64,000 nt of DNA, taken from positions 1,414-65,413 of the forward strand of contig QXYA01000095.1 in NCBI GenBank assembly GCA_009887135.1. Direction: 5' to 3'. This document shows, piece after piece, positions 58,502 through 64,000 of this stretch. The notes under the pieces are model-generated. The model did no database searches. It was not told the origin of the DNA and was given only the letters and a program-made list of their open reading frames with translations. The position numbers and the translations under genes were made by a program. Numbering within the stretch: position 1 is the first letter of the stretch; every line of letters starts with the position of its first letter. Source of the stretch: Candidatus Poseidoniales archaeon (lineage in GTDB: Archaea; Thermoplasmatota; Poseidoniia; Poseidoniales; Poseidoniaceae).

Positions 58502-59893
58502 ATGGCGGACGCATCGACCTGGGCAGTTTTCATAATTTTTGCAGTATTAGCAGTTGGAGCATTTGGATTTATCCTTCTTGTAACTCGTTACAAGCGATGT
58601 GCTTCTGACGAAATCTTGGTTGTCTATGGACGTATCAAGGGGGGTGCAGCATCACGTTGTATCCATGGAGGTGCCGTCATGGTTTGGCCTCTTGTCCAAG
58701 AATACAAGAAAATCTCACTTACTCCAATGACAATTTCTATCCCATTGGATAACGCCCTTTCTCTGCAAAATATTCGTATCAACGTACCCTCCACATTCAC
58801 TGTTGGTGTAAGTACAAACCCATTGATTATGGCTAACGCAGCAGAACGTCTTCTGCACCTTACCAAGGACGCTATTGAAGCAATGGCACAAGAAATCATC
58901 TTGGGTCAACTCCGACTTACCGTTGCAAGTCTTACAATTGAACAGATTAACCAAGACAGAGATTCATTCCTCGAACTCATTCGAGACAACGTAGGTGCTG
59001 AACTACACAAGCTCGGTCTTTACCTCATCAACGTCAACATCATCGATATTACTGACGAATCAAACTACATCGAAAGCATCGGTAAGAAAGCTGCATCTGG
59101 TGCAGTTAACAAGGCGCTTGTCGACGTAGCAAACGCAGAACGTGATGGTGCAATCGGTAAGGCAAACGCTGACCGAGACAGAGAAGTTCAAGTCGCAAAC
59201 AACGTTGCTGAATCTCAGAAGGGACAGAAGACTGCTGAAGTTGATCGACGTGTTTACATTCAACAACAAGAAGCACTTGGTGTTCAAGGAGAAAACTTGT
59301 CCCGTGCAGAAATCGCATCGTACCAGGCGGATCTCGATGAAAAGGAAGCACATGCTATGCAGCGTGCTGAAGTTGCTCGAAGAACTGCTGAGATGGAAGT
59401 TCAAAAGGCACAGTATATGCTCGAACAAGAGCGTCTACGTGCTGAAGAGATTGTAAAGGAAGAGATTTCTAAGACTCAAATCGAGATTGCATCCGAAGCT
59501 GAAGCAGAACGTCTACGACGTATCGCTCGTGGTGAAGCAGATGCTGTACTTGCTCGTTACAATGCTGAAGCGGAAGGTACCAAAGCGGTTCTTGAAGCAA
59601 AGGCAAATGGATACAAGCAACTCGTTGCAAGTGCAGGTGGCGATGTAAAGGCTGCTGCGACCCTCCTCATGGTTGAGAAGATTGAAGAAATCGTTGCTCG
59701 ACAAACAGAAGCAATCGCAAACCTACAAATCGACAAGATCACAGTTTGGGATTCTGGTGCAGGTGGAAGCGAAGGAGGAAGCACAGCAAACTTTGTTTCT
59801 TCTCTCATCCGTTCCTTGCCTCCAGTTCATGATGTAGCCAAGATGGCTGGTGTTGATTTGCCAGATTATCTCGGTTCCATGAAAGAAGAGTGA
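58502..59893 (+). CDS. Flotillin-like SPFH/band-7 domain protein
   Basis: N-terminal TM helix, then an SPFH domain, then a long EA-rich coiled coil (AEVARRTAEMEVQKAQYMLEQERLRAEE...). 463 aa. Confidence 0.8.
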   Translation: MADASTWAVFIIFAVLAVGAFGFILLVTRYKRCASDEILVVYGRIKGGAASRCIHGGAVMVWPLVQEYKKISLTPMTISIPLDNALSLQNIRINVPSTFTVGVSTNPLIMANAAERLLHLTKDAIEAMAQEIILGQLRLTVASLTIEQINQDRDSFLELIRDNVGAELHKLGLYLINVNIIDITDESNYIESIGKKAASGAVNKALVDVANAERDGAIGKANADRDREVQVANNVAESQKGQKTAEVDRRVYIQQQEALGVQGENLSRAEIASYQADLDEKEAHAMQRAEVARRTAEMEVQKAQYMLEQERLRAEEIVKEEISKTQIEIASEAEAERLRRIARGEADAVLARYNAEAEGTKAVLEAKANGYKQLVASAGGDVKAAATLLMVEKIEEIVARQTEAIANLQIDKITVWDSGAGGSEGGSTANFVSSLIRSLPPVHDVAKMAGVDLPDYLGSMKEE

Positions 59894-59984
59894 TTCGGTT
59901 TAGCCGAAGAACCGCTAAATTGGACGGTTTATCCTCTGAATAGGGGTTTCTTTGAAAGCCAAACTGCTTTGCATAGAAATTATG

Positions 59985-61697
59985 GCCAGTGATTTAGAGA
60001 TTGCAAGGAAGGCTGAATTAGAACCTATTGAAGCGATTGCTTGGAAGTTAGGTATTCCGTCAAGTGATTTGATTGCCTATGGGTCGAGTATGGCTAAGAT
60101 TTCCTGGGATGGGATGAAACAGCGCTTTTCTTCATCTAAAGGAAACCTGATTCTTGTCACATCTGTAAACCCGACTCCGTTTGGAGAAGGCAAAACTGTA
60201 ACGACCATTGGACTCACTCAATCCCTCTGCCGAATTGGAAAGAATGCAACATGTGTTATTCGAGAACCATCCATGGGCCCTGTTTTTGGAATCAAAGGTG
60301 GAGCTGCTGGTGGAGGTAATTCACAAGTACTTCCAATGGAGGAGATTAACCTCCACTTTACAGGAGATCTCCATGCAGTAACTTCTGCACATAATCTTCT
60401 TTCATCTTTAATTGACAATCATATCAAACACGGTAATGCCTGTAAAATTGATACGAACAGAGTCTTTTGGCCAAGAGTTGTTGATCTTAACGATCGTTCT
60501 CTCCGTGATGTTGTGGTTGGCCTAGGAGGTCCTGCAAACGGGAACGTTCGCCAAGATCGGTTTGATATAACAGCCGCTTCTGAAATCATGGCTATTCTTG
60601 TTCTTGCTAAGGATTACAGTGACCTTCGACATCGTTTAGGAGAGATTGTAATCGCTCAATCCATCGAAGGGCATCCAATTAAGGCTGAGCATATCGAAGC
60701 TGCTGGATCAATGGCCTTGCTCCTTCGCAATGCCTTTTTACCAAACCTCGTACAAACCTTAGAAGGAAATCCAGCATTTATTCACGGTGGACCATTTGCA
60801 AATATTGCTCATGGAAATTCATCAATTGTAGCTGATAGAATCGCACTCTCTTGTGCAGATTATGTTGTGACAGAAGCAGGTTTCGGAAGTGACATGGGGG
60901 CTGAGAAATTCATGCACATTAAGGCTGCAACCTCTGGAAAGGCTCCAGATTGCGTTGTAATGAATGTCACAGTTCGATCTATGAAACTTCATGGAAAGGC
61001 CTTTGGAGAACGCGGAGGATACAGACCGTCGAAGGAAGAACTTGAAACTGAGAATGTAACTGCTGTTGTGGCTGGAGCAACATCGAATCTTGATCGACAC
61101 ATCAAGAATATGCTTCGTTTTGGAATTCCTGTTGTCGTTTCAATCAATCGCTTTGCAAGTGATACCGATGCTGAACTCGAAGCAATTGAAGAAGCATCAC
61201 GAGCAAGTGGTGCAAGCAGAGTCTGTCGAACAGAAGTTCACTCAAAGGGTGGAGAAGGCGGAGAGGCACTTGCGAATGCTGTGGTGGATTCCATACACGA
61301 TCACGTTGCTGCAGGACGGCCCTTTTTGCCCCTTGTTAGCCCTGATGATACAATCGAAAAGAAGGTTGAAGCCATCGCAACTCGAATGTATGGAGCATCG
61401 AATGTAATCTTCGAAGCACCTGCACTACGTCAATTGAAGAAAATCCAAGAATGGGGATATGGTAATCTCCCTGTTTGTATGGCAAAGACTCAGTACTCTT
61501 TTTCACACGATGCTGGAATGCTTGGAGCTCCATCTGGCTTTGAATTACCAGTTCGTGAATTTAGATTAAATGCAGGAGCAGGTTTCGTAGTTGCAATTCT
61601 TGGTTCAATAATGACCATGCCAGGACTACCTAAGCGACCTGCTGCAAATGATATGGACATGGATGAGGATGGAAATCTCGTTGGTGTTTTCGGGTGA
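59985..61697 (+). CDS. fhs: Formate--tetrahydrofolate ligase
   Basis: Motifs SDLEIARKAELEPIEAIA and VNPTPFGEGKTVTTIGL. Full-length FTHFS architecture. Start taken at MASDLEIA. Confidence 0.85.
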   Translation, partial: ASDLEIARKAELEPIEAIAWKLGIPSSDLIAYGSSMAKISWDGMKQRFSSSKGNLILVTSVNPTPFGEGKTVTTIGLTQSLCRIGKNATCVIREPSMGPVFGIKGGAAGGGNSQVLPMEEINLHFTGDLHAVTSAHNLLSSLIDNHIKHGNACKIDTNRVFWPRVVDLNDRSLRDVVVGLGGPANGNVRQDRFDITAASEIMAILVLAKDYSDLRHRLGEIVIAQSIEGHPIKAEHIEAAGSMALLLRNAFLPNLVQTLEGNPAFIHGGPFANIAHGNSSIVADRIALSCADYVVTEAGFGSDMGAEKFMHIKAATSGKAPDCVVMNVTVRSMKLHGKAFGERGGYRPSKEELETENVTAVVAGATSNLDRHIKNMLRFGIPVVVSINRFASDTDAELEAIEEASRASGASRVCRTEVHSKGGEGGEALANAVVDSIHDHVAAGRPFLPLVSPDDTIEKKVEAIATRMYGASNVIFEAPALRQLKKIQEWGYGNLPVCMAKTQYSFSHDAGMLGAPSGFELPVREFRLNAGAGFVVAILGSIMTMPGLPKRPAANDMDMDEDGNLVGVFG

Positions 61698-61703
61698 TCC
61701 TGA

Positions 61704-62768
61704 ATGCAACTGCTAAAGCAAAGCGAGCAACATTGGAAACTTCGGATTGATTCTGAAGATGACTTATGGGTACTTGCAAGGTTTGCGATTTCAGGAAGAA
61801 GCCTTGCAATGCTTGGTGAACGTAGAGATACAACAACTGCAGAATCGGGAGATCGGGCTAAGGCTGCTGAGCGAAAAAAGATGTGGATTCAACTCAGAAT
61901 TATCACCACTGAATACAAAACCTACTCCAATATCCTACGAGTGCATGGCACAATTGAACAAGCCCCAATAGACGTTGGTTCACACCATACACATCTTATC
62001 GAAGTGGGAGATGAAATTGAGCTTCATTCACTACGTGGATTTCCTGAATACGACAGACTCTTGCTTGAGGAAACCATGAACTCCGATAAGAAGAGTACTA
62101 TATCGATCATCGTTGTTGAAAATGATGAAATTATTCTTTTTGAAGTTACACGGCGAGGATTGCGAGAAGGTGCTACGTGGACAATGCGCGGTGGAGGGAA
62201 GCGTGGTGATATTCGAACAAGTGAATCCGTTGCTAAATCGTTCCAACAACAAGTTGCAAAGGAGATTCTCGCTGCTACTTCAACAAATAAACCTATGATC
62301 TTGTGTGGGCCAGGTCATGCGAGAGAACGATTACGTAATGTGATTATCACTCAAGACCCACAACGAACCATCCGGCTTGTATCCACATCCATGGCAGGTC
62401 GCTCAGGAGCGAATGAAATTATTCGTGAAGGATTAGCAGATGAACTCCTCTCCCAATATGCAATTAGTAAAGAAATAAAATTACTGGAAGAGGTCTGGCT
62501 TCGTTTAAGTAAGAATGGAGCTGTGGCCTATGGTGAAAAAGAATTATCGAGAGCAATGAATGAAGGGGCAATAGAAACGTTACTCATTTCAGCGGACACA
62601 CTTCGAGACCCTGAAGCAATGATTGATGGCACACCTGTTTCTTCTTGGGTAGAAGCAATTAGTGACATAGGTGCTGAACTGGTTCAATGTTCATCTGACC
62701 ATGATTCAGGTGAACAACTCAACAACATGGGTGGAATCATTGCATTATTGAGATATCGGATGGTGTGA
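61704..62768 (+). CDS. pelA: Pelota (Dom34) ribosome-rescue / mRNA surveillance protein
   Basis: 354 aa. The N-terminus DSEDDLWVLARFAISGRS matches the Pelota DDLWHLYN block. The central and eRF1-like C-terminal domains are present. Confidence 0.7.
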   Translation: MQLLKQSEQHWKLRIDSEDDLWVLARFAISGRSLAMLGERRDTTTAESGDRAKAAERKKMWIQLRIITTEYKTYSNILRVHGTIEQAPIDVGSHHTHLIEVGDEIELHSLRGFPEYDRLLLEETMNSDKKSTISIIVVENDEIILFEVTRRGLREGATWTMRGGGKRGDIRTSESVAKSFQQQVAKEILAATSTNKPMILCGPGHARERLRNVIITQDPQRTIRLVSTSMAGRSGANEIIREGLADELLSQYAISKEIKLLEEVWLRLSKNGAVAYGEKELSRAMNEGAIETLLISADTLRDPEAMIDGTPVSSWVEAISDIGAELVQCSSDHDSGEQLNNMGGIIALLRYRMV

Positions 62769-63076
62769 ATGTGAAAATCCTGTACTTCTCAGAATTAGGA
62801 ACTAACCTTCGAGAAGAAATGAGTGGAGCACGTTGGTTGCTGATGTCAAGTACAGATTTACAATCCGCAACCGGAGCGCTAATGTTTGCAGAATTGGATG
62901 GAATCCTTATCGGAGTTGACCACAGAGGAGAAGAAATAACTCCTGGACTATGGCAGCGAGCAGTCCATTTGATGCTCGTTTCGGAACAGATCGATGCTGA
63001 TGAATTCGCTAAAAAAAGTGGAATCACAAAGGTGATTGCAGACGATGTTGGTCATCTTGTAGATTATACCTGGTAA
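62765..63076 (+). CDS. Hypothetical protein (103 aa), translationally coupled to pelota (overlap ATGA... GTGA)
   Basis: ORF beginning MNVKILYFSELGTNLREE. No family assigned. Confidence 0.3.
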   Translation: MNVKILYFSELGTNLREEMSGARWLLMSSTDLQSATGALMFAELDGILIGVDHRGEEITPGLWQRAVHLMLVSEQIDADEFAKKSGITKVIADDVGHLVDYTW

Positions 63077-63150
63077 TGGGTCCGGAGGGAATTGAACCCT
63101 CGATCTTCGCCTTGTAAGGGCGACGTCATAAACCCCTAGACCACAGACCC
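63077..63150 (-). tRNA. tRNA-Val(TAC), no encoded CCA
   Basis: The reverse complement reads GGGTCTGTGGTCTAGGGGTTTATGACGTCGCCCTTACAAGGCGAAGATCGAGGGTTCAATTCCCTCCGGACCCA. The cloverleaf has anticodon loop CTTACAA and T-loop TTCAATT. Confidence 0.8.
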
Positions 63151-63229
63151 AGCCTTCCGTGTACAGAGATGTATTTGAAACAAGAGGTATCCAATAACCT
63201 CAAATTAGATGCCAAACCGCGTTTAGACA

Positions 63230-63931
63230 ATGGACGAGGAAGCACAAGCTACTGCAGCAAGGCTAGTACGTCGACTCAAAGGCGGCTACACCGTCACAAT
63301 TGCAGAATCCTGTACGGGCGGTTTACTCGCGAGCACCCTCACCGATATTGCTGGTGCAAGTGCATGGTTTAACCAGTCATGGGTCACATATTCATACGAG
63401 GCTAAAATTCAGGAACTGAATGTTAGTCGAGAATTGCTCGAAAAGAAAGGAGCAGTTTCAGCAGAGGTCGCAATTCAAATGGCTCAAGGAGCACTTGCCC
63501 GTGCAAATGCCGACATTGCTATTTCAATAACAGGAATTGCAGGTCCAGGAAATGATGGTACCTCAAAGAAAGTTGGTTATGTGTATGTTGGCATTGCATC
63601 AAAGACATGGGCAATAGCAGAAGCGACTCAAATCGGTGGAAACCGTCAGGAAAACAAAGAAGGATTTGTGCACTTCGCTTTGCTCACTGCAATCAGACAT
63701 TGGGATCAAGCGATGGAGTTAGCAGAAGAGAACAGATTGAAAGATCTTGAAGAACGTGAAACGAAAGCTCGGGAAAATGCTCTTGCCGAAATTGAACGCA
63801 ACAAACGGGCAGCAGCTGCTGCGCAAGAAACCGCTTGGCAATCTCAAACATGGTCTGAAAAAAATCGAGATACTGAAGGCAAGGATATGGGAATTGACGT
63901 CCACTGGGACGATGAATCACAAGAAGATTGA
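63230..63931 (+). CDS. CinA C-terminal-domain protein (nicotinamide-nucleotide amidohydrolase PncC-like) with a charged C-terminal extension
   Basis: Motifs TVTIAESCTGGLLASTLTDIAGAS, GIAGPG and VYVGIA. A ~70 aa Glu/Lys/Ala-rich tail follows. Confidence 0.7.
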   Translation: MDEEAQATAARLVRRLKGGYTVTIAESCTGGLLASTLTDIAGASAWFNQSWVTYSYEAKIQELNVSRELLEKKGAVSAEVAIQMAQGALARANADIAISITGIAGPGNDGTSKKVGYVYVGIASKTWAIAEATQIGGNRQENKEGFVHFALLTAIRHWDQAMELAEENRLKDLEERETKARENALAEIERNKRAAAAAQETAWQSQTWSEKNRDTEGKDMGIDVHWDDESQED

Positions 63932-64000
63932 ACATCAACCCTTTTGGAGGGTCGACCCCTCTAAGCAAATATGTCTGCGGAGTGGGGGTCGATTTCGCAG

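Noticed and set aside
61704-62768. Peptide chain release factor aRF1 as an alternative identity for the 354-aa ORF
   Set aside because: The length (about 350 rather than about 410 aa) and the N-terminal DDLW block fit Pelota. No NIKS/GGQ-type motifs were seen.

Overview
This 64 kb window looks like a stretch of archaeal chromosome, about 45% GC. The archaeal call rests on the gene set: TFB, L40e, membrane LonB, TrmI, GatD, RFC small subunit, Pelota, and an intron-containing tRNA-Met with encoded CCA. The large secreted C-terminally anchored proteins make a Thermoplasmatota or marine-group-II-like euryarchaeon plausible, but that is inference, not something the sequence shows directly. There are no CRISPR arrays, rRNA genes or recognisable mobile elements.

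About 40% of the window encodes five giant cell-surface proteins of 865 to 3060 aa. Each has a signal peptide, Ser/Thr/Asn-rich repeated beta-domains, a single C-terminal transmembrane anchor and a charged cytoplasmic tail. The housekeeping genes are: metK (bacterial type), aspS, fhs, pccB, aroE, panB, an MFS transporter, an AI-2E transporter, an NfeD-flotillin pair and two tRNAs.

The most interesting accessory content is the following:

- A minus-strand cluster at 23853-31430 that resembles a 2-aminophenol-type meta-cleavage module. It has two LigB-family extradiol dioxygenase subunits, one of them fused to a RidA deaminase domain, plus an aldehyde dehydrogenase, an asparaginase-II-family amidohydrolase and an LLM flavin oxidoreductase.
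- A bifunctional GH1 beta-glycosidase and sugar-1-phosphate nucleotidyltransferase fusion. It lies directly downstream of two of the giant surface proteins and next to a truncated galactokinase-like GHMP kinase and a secreted DNase-I-like nuclease.
- A degenerate WW-like Trp/Tyr motif shared by the cytoplasmic tails of three of the giant surface proteins.
- An amino-acid permease with a C-terminal EF-hand pair.
- A triple TTTCAC motif placed immediately after the stop codons of two unrelated genes.
- Two perfect intergenic palindromes.
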